Assembly (NCBI GenBank): GCA_903813345.2
Contig: CAIIXF020000001.1
Location: 20,150,001-20,214,000, forward strand
Source: Owenia fusiformis
Taxonomy: Eukaryota
Direction of reading: 5' to 3'
DNA length: 64,000 nt
The notes beneath the pieces were generated by a model that worked only from the letters and a program-made list of their open reading frames with translations, searched no databases and was not told the origin of the DNA. The position numbers and the translations under genes were made by a program. Positions 13,279 through 28,672 of the stretch are shown here, piece by piece; the first letter of the stretch is position 1; every line of letters starts with the position of its first letter.

Positions 13279-14031
13279 AGCTATATCTCAGTTATTACTG
13301 GCATGAATGGGATAATATGCTCACATGTTTTAGAGGAAGGTCTAAAGTTTTTGTGGGTACCATAAGTCACTTAAATCTTGCAGAAGTTACATGGCATCAA
13401 CAGACATGCCTGATTTATGGATGATGTGCTCAATCCATGCGCTACAGTTCTGGATGACTGCTGAAATGTGAATGCTGAAGTTGTTCACTGCTCTATTCAT
13501 TATAAACATATTTAGGGGAATTTTGTATTTCTAATACATTTCCTTTATTTTAAGGGAAACAGTTATACTTGCATTTTTTAGCAGTGAACAACTTCAACAT
13601 TTGCATTTTTGAGCAGTAAACAACTCCAACATTTGCATTTTTTAGCAGTGAACAACTTCAACATTTGCATTTTTGAGCAGTAAACAACTTCTACATTTTC
13701 ACTGCGGCACTTATCCAGAACCATGAAAATAAAGAAAAATGCGTTAAAAATAAAATACCCCAAGATATGCTGGACAGAGCAGAGAACAATTTCAGCAATG
13801 ACATTTCAGCAGTCATCCAGAACTGTGAAGCATTGATTGAGGACATCATCCATGAATCAGACATGTCTGTTGATGCAATGTACCTTTTGCAAGATCTAGA
13901 ACCGAGTGACCTTTATGGTACCTACAAACACTTAAGACCCTCTTCTAAAATATTGAGAATATTATCTTATTTATGCCAGTAAAAAGTCAGGTATAGCTTG
14001 TGTCGAGGGTTCATTTTTGGACCACCCTGTA
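13279..14031. mobile_element. Fold-back MITE with ~210-bp inverted arms and central 30-bp tandem repeats; Tc1-like right end
   Basis: 13279-13492 is a degenerate reverse complement of 13777-13999. Tandem (ttttagcagtgaacaacttcaacatttgca)x4 at ~13575-13700. Ends ggaccaccctgta. Confidence 0.75.
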
Positions 14032-14536
14032 TTTCCTACTCATTGGGCCTTGGAAGATTTATTTAATATAAATCTCTTCAAAACAAAACCAAGAAGAAAA
14101 AGAACAAAGAAATATATGTACTCACAAAATGGAAATTTCAATGATTCTCTCTAATTATATGTTTATAAACATTGTCATAAGATCATTTGACTAGGTCAAG
14201 TACTTGTATACCTGTTTGATAAAAATCTAAATATAAAAGCAAGCCTTGCAACTTGTAGTAGTTAACAATAGGTATCACAAGTAAGAGATATTGATTGCCA
14301 AACAAATCGACAAAATTTCCTGTATTTATTCCACATACTTGTGTTAACGAAATTCCTTCAGGTATAATTTACGCCAATAATCATCAATACATGAAGGAGA
14401 TCTCTTGTAGCGAATGAATACATAATTTCCTAAGTGTAATAATTACAAATGAGGAAAGTAGGAATGGAAAGGAAAGTAAAAGAAATTGAAATAACTTTAG
14501 CTAATCATCATTATTATATGAGATAACAAATCATTA

Positions 14537-15171
14537 TACAGGGCGTCAAATAAGTCTGTTCTCCCCCCTTAACCTTTTTGATTCAGAGATAACATAGGGT
14601 TGCTATATATCATCTTAAAGGGAATTTAATTTGCTGATCATACATCAAATTTCAGAGTGATAGGTTAAATTCCAAATTTTTTAGAGCATTTTAAGTGATG
14701 TCCATATTTCACTTTTTTAATAGTATGTATGTTTCCCCCAGCAGCCCGGAGGGCCTCAATTCTACGAGGAATTGATCCTGTATAAGTCATTCAGAACGTT
14801 TAATTTTAGGTGTTATCAACTATTTTGTGATGAGAGATGCCCTTCCTTCAAAGGCTCTCCTGAATGTAACACATTTTACTCTGTATGATATTGAGAACAT
14901 CGAAATCACCCAATGTTTGCATTGTCACTGCAATATCAACTTTTCACTTTTCATTCATTATACCTGGTAATGTTACTTGTTTTGACGTAACCAAAGGTCA
15001 ACTACAACCTTACAAGAAACATTGTAGCAATTTTATTAGGAGGAGTTTATGATTGATTTTTTGAGGGTGATCAGCATTTTCCATGAGCTTCAAAATGATA
15101 TATGGGAAAGTATGATAAATTTAAAGATAAAAAAGTTAAGGGGGGAGAACAGACTTATTTGACACCCTGTA
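14537..15171. mobile_element. Tc1/mariner-type MITE
   Basis: TA-flanked ~40-bp TIRs: tacagggcgtcaaataagtctgttctcccccc ... ggggggagaacagacttatttgacaccctgta. Confidence 0.88.
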
Positions 15172-18100
15172 CAGTAACTAAACTAGTATCTTCAAATGTT
15201 CTTCATAATATCCACGAATATCACAACATCCAGATTATATCATCATAAAATTAAGATTAAATTTATTCCAATCTATTAATTTTATCTTTTAGTCCTTTTG
15301 CTATAGAATCTCAAATGCTATTTGAATTTTGATTCATCATTTTCCTAAGATGCTCAAGCGACCTGTATGATAGCATAGGTCACAAAGTAACTTTTGGTCA
15401 TGTTGACATCATTGCTTATTATTAAAAGGCATATCACTTTGACATTAATGCTTGAAACGAAAATCATGATTCTTGAAGCTGTTAAATAGAATGCATATAC
15501 TAATTATATGATAATTATAATAAAATCAAAGATATAAAGGTCAATAGATGATGATATGATGACATCAATGCCCTTTCGTAAATTTTCAATTATATGTTTT
15601 TTTGTTTTTTTCTTAAATATCAAATGATCAAATTATTGTTTTATATGTCAATGAAAGTTATATATAAGTTATATATTTCTCTGTACCTATAAGTTTTTCA
15701 TGAAAGTATTTACTTTGTGACTTTTTCACATCAGCCCTTAGCATAGGATCTGATCCTATGTTTCAGATTAACTTTCCTCAATATTTTAGAAAACAGTTCA
15801 AGAGGAGTACAGTAAGACACTTTAAGAAGGTGTCTTTAAGAAAATGCATATATGTGTAGTATGAGCTTTTAGTATAGAAGTAATGTACATAATTGTTTTT
15901 TAAAATAGCTCTGAACTTTAAACACCTGTAAATCGTCACTTTCTACTATCAGTGTTGGTGCTTGGCCTATGTAATCAACACACCTGTAAAATATAATTTA
16001 TCAGAATAGGTGTTAGTTATATAAAGAACATTGGTAAATAAACTGTACAGTACAGTGCTCACCATAAATAAATGGCATCTTGATTTTTTCTTTCACCATT
16101 CCCAGACCATGGTGATTTGAGACTTCATACTTTCCAATAATTATTTCCAATAATGTAGACATACACATCACTTGAGTTTTGTATACTTTACATTTTGTAT
16201 ACTCACAACTTAATGTATGGTCACTTGAAAATTCTCTCCTTTTTAACATGGGAAATCCTCACTTCAGCAAATCCAGGTGTCATTTATTTATTTATGGTAG
16301 GCACTGTAGTCACATTATGGGTGTGTATATGTTATATCCCTGCTCTTTCTTCATTTTATTTCGAGGATGAGGGTCATTGCCAGCAAAACAAGAATGAGAT
16401 GAATTTATCAAAATAATGAATAATGAAAAAATACTTGGCAACAAGTGTGTGTTTGGGGATTTAAATGAAGTGAGGTCAATCTCTGCTTTGATGTTGACAC
16501 AAAAAATTACAACCATATACTTTCATTTTAAATGCCATCATTTGAAATTCAGAAGGCAACCCCATTGAAATAATACTTTATTTGTAAATGATGTGTAAAT
16601 TATATATATAAAATAAGCTTTCTTGATATATATTTGGATAGAGCTGAAAATAGAAAAAGTTGAATATCATTATATTTGCTCATACTCACTGACCAGTTTC
16701 ATTTTTGAAAAATGAATGAAAGTTCCTACCTAGGAAATTCAAGATTATATCTGCTCATAGATGGTGTACATATTGAATAATAGGAATGAAGATTCTGCAT
16801 ACAGTATTAGCTCTTCACTACTTAACTATGAATTAAAAGAACATAGGGATAATCATGTGATATACTGATAAATAGATCCTAGATGACTCACAACTCTTCT
16901 ATTTTACAACCAAAATGACCAGAGGGATTAGTGGATTTGGACAACATGGACATGAGAAGTTTTTGAGAGTTTCAGATGATGGTTTGATTGTGGACATTCT
17001 GCATGATTAGCATTAAAGACAGCTGACAGCCATATTTTCTTGAAATCTACCCTAAATTAGCTAGAAGTGATGAAGATGGAAAGGAGCCAGAATATTTGAT
17101 GGTTTATTGACCCATATCCCATTAATACCTGTATATTCAAGTTTAAAATGAAAATACAGTATTTATGATTATCGATCATTTGAATTAGAATTATTGCATT
17201 ATTTAGTTCACTCTGTACCTATGCTATGTTGATACATAAACCTGTCTTAGTAAACACATGTCTCTAGTAAACACCTTTATTTAGTAAACACCACTTCAAG
17301 ACAAATTTTAAATAAGATAGTTTCTAAATAGCAGAAAAACAGTGAAGTATAGTGCTGCCATCTTTTATTCAGTTTTTAATTTGGGCTGGACTGCCATTCA
17401 CTGCCAGTCACATGTTAAAATTTTGGTAGAGTGGCTTATTTTCATGATTTATCAAAAAGCGTTAGTTGAATCTATATAAAACTTGAATGATATACCATAT
17501 GATGACCTGTTAATGTACATGTTGTGATTAAACATGCAAATGTTGGTTGACATACAAATAATCCATGGTTTTAAAGAATTTTAGCATTGCATCAATGGTG
17601 ATTGGCCCAAGTTTTTTTAAATGTCATGGAAAATTATTCAAATTACATAACTGTGTAAACCAAACCTATTATAGGAGAAAACATTTTACTGAATTCAAAT
17701 ATGCCATTTAAAAGAAGGAAATGTGTGTTATTAGAGGTCCAATATGCAAATCTCTTAAAATCTCATGAAAAACAAGATTTAGCGAGATTTCAAAAGCTAT
17801 TTGGAAACTGTACCATCTACTCCTATATAAAACACCTTTCTATAGTGATAGTGAACACATACTTACAGTGAACAGTTTTTATGACTCAATAGGCATTCAT
17901 TATATACAGGTTTTACAGTATATGATTAGTTTAAGCCTCAATGATTAGAAAATGATACATCCATTGAAATACTTTTTACTTAATGACAAACAAGCTATGT
18001 ATATCCTATTCAGAATGATATTACTTACCATGTGAATGCTGTCGATGTAAAATCCTATCACATGTAAAGTCACTTCCCTAGTTAGACTTTATATAGTACT

Positions 18101-19782
18101 ACACAGCACTGTGAGATAATCTTTGTATGAGAAACGCCTGCCTTGTATAAATCCAATTGTTCTTGTAATATGCCTACTATGCTTCTATATCATCCTACCT
18201 GCCTGCCTGCAATATAGTCAGAGAGACACAGGGGTTAATAGACACAGGTAGCTGGCAATGGTTGTGTATTTGTACACAATGCAGCTGTGTGCATATTCAC
18301 AACTCTGACAAGCTGGAGATTGCCATTCCATTAATACTAGAGAATCTAAGGTTGCAAAGAGCCGTGTATATGATGCAGGTATGGCTGCTATTGGCTATTA
18401 ATACAATAAAAGCTTTGTGATTTACTTTCACTTCATATCGAGGAATCACTCCTCAGTTGTCTGGGAGAGAAACACAAACTTGACACATAATATATATGTA
18501 TAACTATTACTATGGGCCAGTAAATAGGTAAAAATGCCATTGGGTAAAATAGGTAAAATGAAATCAACCAGAGGAATAGATTGGTTTTGAATCTTTGAAA
18601 GGAGTTTTATCTGATAATTACTACTAAAGCCTGTGGGCCTCAAGGGTACTCAATATTGTATTCTCTGGAGGGAATTCCTTAAAGGAAAAAAATATAAAGA
18701 ACTATTTTGGTTTTTTATTCTTAACCCTAAATATGAATATAACAAAAATATTTTAATATTAAAAAAATAGAATCAATGTTTTATTTACCATTGGGAGCCT
18801 AGTATGGAACAAAGCTAATGAAAAAACTGCATAGAAGATGGGGTTCAATTAATATAGGACTGCTACATCACTGCAATAATATCAACAACAAACCTCCATC
18901 ATTTCATTCATCACTTTAAACTATAAAGAGCTTCTAACATCACTCTATAAGTCTCCTCTAAAGCTTGATTTTGAGTGGAGGTTCTGAAATGTAACTTGTC
19001 ACAGTTACAGTACAGTAAATATTCAGCGTGTCATAACAAGCAAAATGTCACCACTTGCCATTTGTTACAGAAGCTGAACACCATCACAAAATATTTGGAG
19101 ACAATAACAGTGGTGGTAACATAACAATACTTCTTAGTCATCACTCTCACATGAAATATGTAAATATACATCTATATATGTAGATGTGTATATCTTAATA
19201 ACATTTGTCCAGTTAGGTATGAGGGATGGACCCTTAGAATTAGCTTATCCAACATTGATTTGTACGCTTTTCATTACTTAACCAATATAATATACATACA
19301 AGTAAAAGAATAGTATTGATTATAACTTTTAAGTACCATACTAAAATTAATACAGATATTTGTACAATTGTATGTACATGTTATGTAACCGAAATCATGT
19401 AAAACAGTCAAATATGATAAATAGTACATCCGTGGATAAACATTTCTAAAATATTGTTATCCAGGAGGGGAAAGTGGATTACATTTAATGTGCACATGGA
19501 GTTTGGGTTAATAATACTACATTGAAAATTTGAGATACTCCCTAATATAATTCATGTTTTTTTATATTTATATATTGGTTTAAACTGACTCAGCCCACGC
19601 ACTGAGTAGGATATATTTACATAAATGTATTAACCATAACTATTATTTTTAGCCAAGTATCATTGCAGTGATATCCATTAGATAATTTTCCAACATGGAG
19701 CTAAATCCTAATTATATGTATGTATACCAGTTTTGGCAAAGTACCTCAATATTTCACCTTTTTGATAGGGTGCAAACATATT

Positions 19783-20466
19783 CACGGTGCGGTATCCTAA
19801 CTGCGGGCATACTATGCACGCAGTTTGAAACCCTGACAAACTGCGCGCATATTTAAAAATGGCAGATGGGGAGGACACGACTCCATTAAGGATGAAAAGT
19901 ACTGGAATTACAAGGTTAGTTTTGTTTATCAGACATTACCATTATGTGGAGACTAGCTTACTTTACAAGTAGCACTGATCTTTTTCCTGGTGTAAACCTA
20001 GTTATCTCAATATAAGGTTCCTTAAAGGAGCTTGTTCAAAATATACAGTGTTGCGTCATATAATGTCTGTTTGTCGTAGTTTGAAGTTTATTCAGCCCTT
20101 GTGTTTGCACATACTGAAAGATGCTAGATTACTGCATATAAGCAATACATAGTATTTTCTATTTCTGTGAAAAGTGTGACATCTTAACTTATGTGTGGGT
20201 ATCGGTAATCAAAAAACCGATGACAATTTTTTATTAATCTGCTTATATTTTAAAACCTACGTTCATCTAGACATAACTTTCGCTATCACATGATAGAATC
20301 CTATAATTGCCACCGAATGGACGTATGAAACTAGAAAACAATGCAGAATAAATGTCTTCAATTGACATTTGAAAACACTTGTATTATGCAATGTTGATAT
20401 GCAAGCAGTTTGTCATTGTTGCATACTGCGTTCATAGTATGCACACAGTTTGGATACCGTGGCGTG
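19783..20466. mobile_element. Non-autonomous DNA transposon with CACG termini and 5-bp TSD, Transib-like
   Basis: ~42-bp TIRs (cacggtgcggtatcctaactgcgggcatactatgcacgcagt versus cacgccacggtatccaaactgtgtgcatactatgaacgcagt). ATATT flanks both ends. Confidence 0.8.
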
Positions 20467-20877
20467 ATATTGTCAACAGGGTGGCATGTTATTCAGATTT
20501 TTTACAGGGTGTGGTATCTCATTGCTTAAATTACAACTCCAGCTTTCCATGTTTGTAGTTTAAGGTTAAGACCTCACCAAGGAAATATGGACAACAAAAA
20601 AATTAAAGTAAATAATGCCTATATAATTTCTATACAAGAAAAATGATGATTTTTAATGAAAAATGATATTTCCAATATTCCACCTAAAAATCCTCATTAT
20701 TATCAAAGTTACTTTCAATCTTATTCCCTTTCATCAATTCAGACAATCTTTTGATGTTGAGATAAAAATACTCCACAAATCTATAATCGAGATCAGTCCT
20801 GAACAGACATAACAGTATCAATTCCACCTCAAAGCCACTTTGAAGGTCTTCAGAAAAGATGTAGAGTGACCAGAATA

Positions 20878-21141
20878 TGTGAAGTCTAGCACACAGACCC
20901 GCAAAACATGACTTATTAGGAACTGTCGCATTTGTGAAGGAATGAAGTTGCTGCCTAAACTTAATGCATTTCATGGTACTGTGAAGTCTAGCGCACAGTC
21001 CCACAAAACATGACTTATTAGGAACTGTCGCATTTGTGAAGGAATGAAGTTGATGCCTAAAATTAATGCATTTCATGATACTGTGTAGTCCAACAACATT
21101 AGACCTACTGTGAAGTCTAGCGCACAGTCCCACAAAACATG
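20878..21141. repeat. Tandem duplication, 102-bp unit x ~2.5
   Basis: tgtgaagtctagc.cacag.ccc.caaaacatgacttattaggaactgtcgc... at 20878 and 20980, and partially at 21109. Confidence 0.9.
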
Positions 21142-24100
21142 GCGAGTTAAGGAATAACCACAAGTAGCTGAATGATCCCGGTTGCCTAAAACCGATGTTG
21201 TGTGCTGTTTTGGTACAGTGTGCTGGCCTATAAGTACAATGTATGTGTGTGGTGCATTATGATGTCCCAATCAGAATCAATAGAGTGCAAACAAGACATT
21301 ACTTGATAGCAAGTTATTGCACACATCTATTGACTCAACTTTGAGTATATATCAATATGTTCAGTATTCTTATAACCTGAAATAATTTTATTTCATTCAG
21401 ATATCACCAAAAATGACTCCCATTCCAATTTGCCTTTTTGGTTATCTATATCTAAATTATCTAAAATAAGTATCATCTAATTCCTATGCATTTGCTCATT
21501 TGTTTAAAGTATAAAGCTTCATTTAATAGGTTAGTTAATTGGCTCTGATTCGGAGCTTGGTGCAAGACTAAAGACTAACAAAGATTGACTCTGACGACCA
21601 CCGTACTGGCAGAGCCACATCATTATGCGGCCATTAATTGATTGAAATGCTCAAATGCAGCAATATAGACAGAGTAACATAAAACATTGTTACACACCAT
21701 CTTTATAAGTACATTGCTAAATTAATAAAAAAGAAATATTGCTATCTGAAAACCAAATTATAAAGATAATAGAAGTTGATATGGAACTGTATTACGTATT
21801 ACTTCCAAATTAACAGAGATAAACCTAAGGTTACATAAACCCTCTTTATACTCCTACTACCAAGAAGTGACACGTTCGAGAAAAGTTTCTGACCTACAGC
21901 AGATTTAGATAGCTCCTTGAAATGTTGAGTTGAATGCCACTTCTAACAATAACAGATAAAACATTTTTTGATAATCAATTTTTTTAGCTCTTATTTTTGG
22001 TCCATGGACCCCTTGGTTTAAGTTGACCTTAGTGAGTTGAAACATATATAAGAAACACATTTTGATATACTTCAGGTAAATAGTAGTCTTACATTTCCTT
22101 TAAGACCTAAAGTGTTTTGTGACCTGAATCAACTGAATTGAAATTATCATTAACCTACATGACCAACTTTTATTTCACCTATTACAATATCTTTAAATTT
22201 GAGAAATATGCCTCTTCTTAAGTTTCTGTAAAAAAATAAATTCATGTCAATACCACAATGTTGTGATACTTTTCTAACCTTTTAAAAAAGTTGCAAAATT
22301 TTTTGGCCCACCCTGTATAGCCTTCCTCAGCTCAAATACAGTCAAACACAGTCTGGTACAAAGACCAAAGAAATATTCCACATTGAGGTAACTATTGAGT
22401 CTATTCCATTCATTTATATTTGTGGATGGATCATATTAAAGGTCTGTGCACCCATTAGATAGGTAGTGCTGTGATGGTACTAAAATCTATTATGATTTAA
22501 GGAGTCCCTCTATATGTATCTCTCTTTCCAAGAGATTATAGAGGCTGTTGGTGCTATAATTACTAACATAATAGTAAGAGATCACTGTTTTGATAATTGC
22601 GATGACCATGTTGACAAAATGGTCTGGCAGATCAGTGCCAAGATGGGTCCAAAAAGTGTAATTTTGGGACTAATTTTGAATTTCTTTTAGAAATAGGGCT
22701 TCTTTTATAAAAAAAAATATTTTTGGTAAAATATTCAAAAAAGTATATCTAAATTTCAAAACAGTAGCCTAAAATTGAGATCTTCAATGTAAATGCCTTC
22801 TGCAAAACCTAACTGACAGGGAACTAGATAATGGAGGAGGGGGCACCAAGTAACCATAGACCAAAACAAAGTGACTCAGTACAAAATGGTTACTTTAACC
22901 AAACAACCACAGAGGTCTTGTAGGGTCATGCCACAAGCATGCTGATGCTGACACCGCTCTTGGCAAATAAACATCCAGGTAGTACCTGAAGATGATGAAT
23001 GTTGATTGGCTCATTCAGGTCATGTGATTTTGTTGAGGCAAGCTGGGAAGAAATTAGTCTTTACAGTAAAAAATAATGTTTGTAAACATATCATTTTTGA
23101 GAAACTACAGTTAACTTAAGGTGGGCTTGGTAATACAACATTTGGACCTGTTTATATATGATGTCACTATGCAAATCATCATATAGAGGTCAAATTATCC
23201 ATTCTGCTATTTCTACCTTAAATTATTCATAATATACAATACACAATGTAATATTTATGCTATATATCATTCAAGCATGATAATAATCAAATAAAACAAT
23301 TTATAAAATAAAAAATTAAAAAATATTTTATCTACATATCTTACTATTTAAAACTTATTAAGTGTTTTTAATTATCAACTGTGTATATTCAATATTGTTT
23401 ATGATAAATGTTTGATATTAACCCACATATTTCATTCATAATAATACTTTTCATATTGGAGTATAACCTTTCAAAATTATTCATACCTTTCAATCGATTG
23501 CTGGTATGATTAAATTTCTATACAGGATTATCATAAGAGTTAAAATATTCTACAAAAATTGGCCAAAAACTTTCCTAAGTTTTATTTCTTAAAGGGATAC
23601 ACATATATCTTCAGTGGACTACAGGATGATTTCTAATTTCTAATTTCTCAATGGGGTTCAACATCCAATTTGCTTCAATAACGCAAAAAAACACTGGGCA
23701 ATTCGGAAGAGGAATCTATTAAATAAAACAGATTGGTCACTCAGGTATTTCAAGTACATGAAGATGAATAAGGGTTATATTCTTCCTATATGACATGTCA
23801 ACTATAGTAACTTAAGTGTTTGGTACTTGGGAAATTGTCAAAGATCAATAATTCTAATATTAAATGTTCTGAATTATCTTGAAAAATTAAATTGCCATAT
23901 TCTCAATTGGTCAGTGGCAGATTTAAGAAGTGGTATATAGAACACGTGTTAACGCTTTTGGAGTACTAACATTATAACTGAGAAATTTTACGATTTAAAT
24001 TAAAACTTTTGTTGTGTACTCCATGAGACTGCCTTCAGTTAGGCATTCAAAGCCTTGATCTGCTCCTGTTCATTAAAAGTTTTTATAAATCATTAATACT

Positions 24101-27100
24101 ATGTAAAAATTATATTTTCTTGTGTAAAAGAGTGCATGATCGTTTCATGCAGAATTCTACAGAGTTTGTATTTTGCAGTGCAAAACTGAAATGTGTGATT
24201 TGGAGGAAAGCATTCAGAAATTAGATGATTTTAGACCCATAATGTACATGTATATATCAGCTATTCAGATACAAGTAGATTATTTACTTATATTCATGTA
24301 CTTGTCCAAAAATAAATATTTGCCTAAACTTTAAGTTATTTTGAGACATGCGCCAAAACATCTGGTTATAAATAGACTCTGACGTGTCCTAAAATATATA
24401 TACATGCATTTTTATCAATCAATTTGCATGGGTCCCAGACAGATGCTTGTTGAGATGATACCGAATCAAAACATGTTCAATATAGACAGAATACGAGACA
24501 TAAAAGAATATCATTTACCTTGGATTCATAATCCGTTCATATGGTCTATGTGTCTAAGTCCAATTGACAGTATAGCACCATAAAATATTTAAATCTTTGT
24601 ACAGGTTCGTGATACATTCCTTATTTATGTTAACATGTATCTATAAATAATCTGCCTATTTTGCACACAATGAAAACTACTTGATTTTGGTTAACAATCC
24701 TCTGGCATATCCAGCTATGTGAATATGTAGATAAGTCTTTTTACATAGCCTTAGTTAGATTTATCGATCACTATGACATTGTGTTGAAATGTACGTCTGA
24801 ACGCCCCCTCAATTCCCTTTCACTTGCATATCATTAGCCACAACCTTAAAAACTATCAAATTCTTGCAAAATACACCTATCATTAGATTAATATATATAT
24901 TCAAGATACAAAAAATACATGAAGCTCTTACAGATCTCTAGCTCAGTTAAGGATATATTTGTGGTGATGCATTTACCAAAATGAGATTAATAACAACTAA
25001 TAATTGATCAGAACAATTTATAATTTGTAATAACACTACCTAGTTTCCTTCCTTTTTATTGGTTACCATTTTCACGGCATAGATCACATTTTTCTTTTCT
25101 AACCAAGATGTATTTAAATTGTACAAAGCATTCTCAAAACAGTATTTTTCAGTAAAAATTCAGAAATATTAAGAAAATTTGATCTGAATAGTGATGATAA
25201 TAATATAATTTCAAGTGACAATAACATCATCCAACGACATCTTATGTATCACTCGTTTAACAAAATTTAGAATAGTCAGCATATTCTGTACATCGTACTT
25301 CAAAATATTCTGCCTTTTGTATATGCTCTTAATATGCATATATGTTGCGTATTATTCAGTAGATATGGATGTAGATGTAGTTATTTTAGTTAGTTAGTCT
25401 TTTGGTGAGGAGCTGGGACTAATGGGTGACTAGTTCCTACTCCCTATTTTTATCAAAAGAATACACGGCATAATATGCAAAATGTCACCACCTGCCATTT
25501 GTTACAGCCAATGAACACCAACTGCCGAATGCCGAACACAGTCCACAAAAAAGTTAAAGACGATTAAAAATATCTCACCACTTGTGGAGGTGACATAAAA
25601 GGTTTTAAAGCTCAATTAAAGCAAACTAGACAAAATTGGTTGGACCCCTCCTCATGACAAGTCATTTCTGAGCATATATTGAAGGGCTCATTAATAGAAC
25701 ATGAATTCCTTTGAAAATATTGAAAATACCCAGCTAATATCAAATTGGTACAATAGAGGTATGATATTAATTGGATAACCGATAAAATATTGAATGTCAA
25801 TAACAGCAAACTGAACACTATAGAGAAAACAATACCTCATGGAGATGAGATTTGTAAGGGTAAGGGGGGGGCAAAATAAATAAATGTATATGTAATTAGA
25901 CTACATTGTAATGTCTACATGTTATATATAATCCCAAGTTTATCAACCATCCTCATTACTTTCTGAACTCATGCCTGTAGCCAAGGGGGGGGGGGAAGTT
26001 CGGTCAAAAAGATGCAGTTTTTCACCATTCTGAGTACTGTTCAAGTGATTTTGGCCATTTTTGGGAATATTTGTCAAAGGTGAACCCAACAAAGTTTTTT
26101 CAAAAAGTGAACCCCTCCCCCTTGGTAAATCCGGAAACTGAAAAATTGAGAGATTACATGTTAAAGGCAGAGGTTGTGACATATGCAAGCAACATTTACA
26201 CTCTGACTTATCAATAAAGACTCTACCACTTCAAAAACTGTATGTTTATTATCTCCTGAAAGATCCAGGATATCTTATCAAATGGAGAAGTTATTTTAGA
26301 TTCAAAGTGCAAAAACTTGTAAATCCACCCAAATAATAAATGTGGATATCCAAAGAACTGGTATCAATATGGTGAACTGAATTCAACAATGTTTTTCTCT
26401 TAAACCAATTAGTGAAAACATTCTGTAAAAAAACACGGTCCTTTATGTAACTGTTTTTGTTAACATTTTTTGTTTTTAGTGCAATTGTTTTTTGTTTTTT
26501 TTCTTTCTACCAATTCTTGAGAATTGGAACAAAATAGCATCAATACAACATTTTCTTAGACCTCTTAATATTATAGTTATACAAAGGAAAAAGAACAATA
26601 TATGAACTTTATGAATTTGTCAAAAAATGCTACAATGAATGATAATGAGCCAAAATATAATTCCAACTTTGAATCTTGTTGGTGAAAACTTGGGTAAGGG
26701 GTCAAATTGAAGGTCCTATCCCATTTGTGAAGAAAAATTAAATCTAATATAATTCTACATTTGCATAGCAAGCAAATAAATATTAAATGTCAGACAGAAG
26801 ATAGTCATTAAAAGGTTGCACTGCACAAATAACTATACTTTGGGGTAATATTTCTTCAAACTAATCTTCATTCAACAGGGTGAGCTAAAGAATGTCTACA
26901 TTTTTTCATTTTGCTAAATAAGCTATTGATTTCAAATATTCTTATTTGGGGTTGATGCAATAATTCCTTAAATTTCATCAAAACTAATGGAATACCACGT
27001 TTGTCTTGGGAGCTTCTACAGTGTCCCATTTTTCATAGCATCATTTGTTTGTATAACTGCCTAGACTAGATACAATATTGGCAAGGTCCTTAATCAGAGG

Positions 27101-28425
27101 TATCAATAACAACATTGTAAAATTCTTTCATCAAATATTATCATGCAACTGGAAGTTTGTATTTATACACAATTCGTTTTTTCAATGTTATTTCGGGAAA
27201 CAATTACATATTGACTCGTATATCTTCAATGAATATCTTTCAGGGGTAATATAGCTTTATAACTTATCAAATATAAAGTCACAGCAATTTAAATTGTGTA
27301 TGTTTTTGCCCACCCTGTGAAGAACGTCATGCATGATATCCCAGGAGCCAAATATAAGTCAAATACAAACATTTTTATTTAAGACGTTTTTTCTTCGAAG
27401 TTACCCAAGGTACTCACAAATATAACCATATTCCTTTCGCCTCTTGCATAATAGCTAAATCAAAACAGCCTCTACAGTAGACTTTTGTCTCTTTGGAAAT
27501 AACAAATAAAAGAATTGGCAAAACAAAATTTCTGAAGCAATAACCCACATGCCAGGAGGTAGTTACCAGTTTCACCACCAGGTAGCTAATTCGGGGCAAA
27601 TAACAAGGCAGATAATAGAAATTTCCCTTAAACTTGAATATTCATCAGTTATAATGGCTCAATTTCCATATTACAAAATCAATTTTCAAAATACACAGAC
27701 ATCAGAATCTTTATTAAGTTGTCAAACTGTATACTGTGAATAGGATTTGAATAGCAAAATATTAATAAAATTTTTAATGAAATACCAATGTCAAAGTGAC
27801 TTCGAAGCACGGTCACTTTTGACTTATATCAGACAAACTCGATTCAAAATAATTCTCGCATCGTAGAAAGTCGTGATTAACACATAAACTTGATGGTATA
27901 AACTAAAAATACACATAAAGCACTCCCTGTGTTCAAATAAACTGTCTACATAGGGCAGGTTTAAATGATAAAATGGTTCAATTCATTTGCTTTTTAGTAT
28001 TGTGAGTTTTGCACTGTTGGAAGAAAAGGATGACACAAGCAGAATAGCAGAATAGGATGACACTATAGAAGAAAAGGATAATACTAGTAGAAAAGATGAC
28101 ACCAAAATCTCCCTTACATGCTTTCAATATGCATATGGGAATTTCTGTACATTACTTTGAGAATGTCAATAAAATTTATATATATATATATATATTCATG
28201 CTCATAAATTGGTACATTTTAAATCCTCTAACACAAATAGTATTTGTATTTGAGATCAAAACATATGAAAGATAAGTAGGCTGTTCAGAGAGTAACATAC
28301 TGGATTTATATCTCAAGAAAATCTTGGCATACTTTTCTTTAAAAATTTTGAAATTTTTAAAAAGGGAATTTGTAATCTTTTTAGCAATCTGCATTATTCT
28401 GAGCTCCATTGATCTTTAAAGCTAC

Positions 28426-28672
28426 CCACTGAAAAAAGAGAGACCCTCTTGTTGAAAGCTGGCTCAATGCCTGATGTCACTGATCAAATCTCATTGAATT
28501 TATTAAAATACATGTTTATATATCACCCACTGAAAAATGAATTTATTAAAATACATATGTTTATATACCACACACTGAAAAATGAGAGACCCTCTTGTTG
28601 AAAGCTGGCTCAATGCCTGATGTCACTGATCAAATCTCATTGAATTTATTAAAAAACATATGTTTATATATC
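28426..28672. repeat. Local tandem duplication (~100-bp core)
   Basis: gagagaccctcttgttgaaagctggctcaatgcctgatgtcactgatcaaatctcattgaatttattaaaa occurs twice. Confidence 0.9.

Noticed and set aside
20684-21163. 159-aa ORF with repeated CFVGLCARLH
   Set aside because: Open largely because of a 102-bp tandem duplication; no recognisable domain or splice structure.
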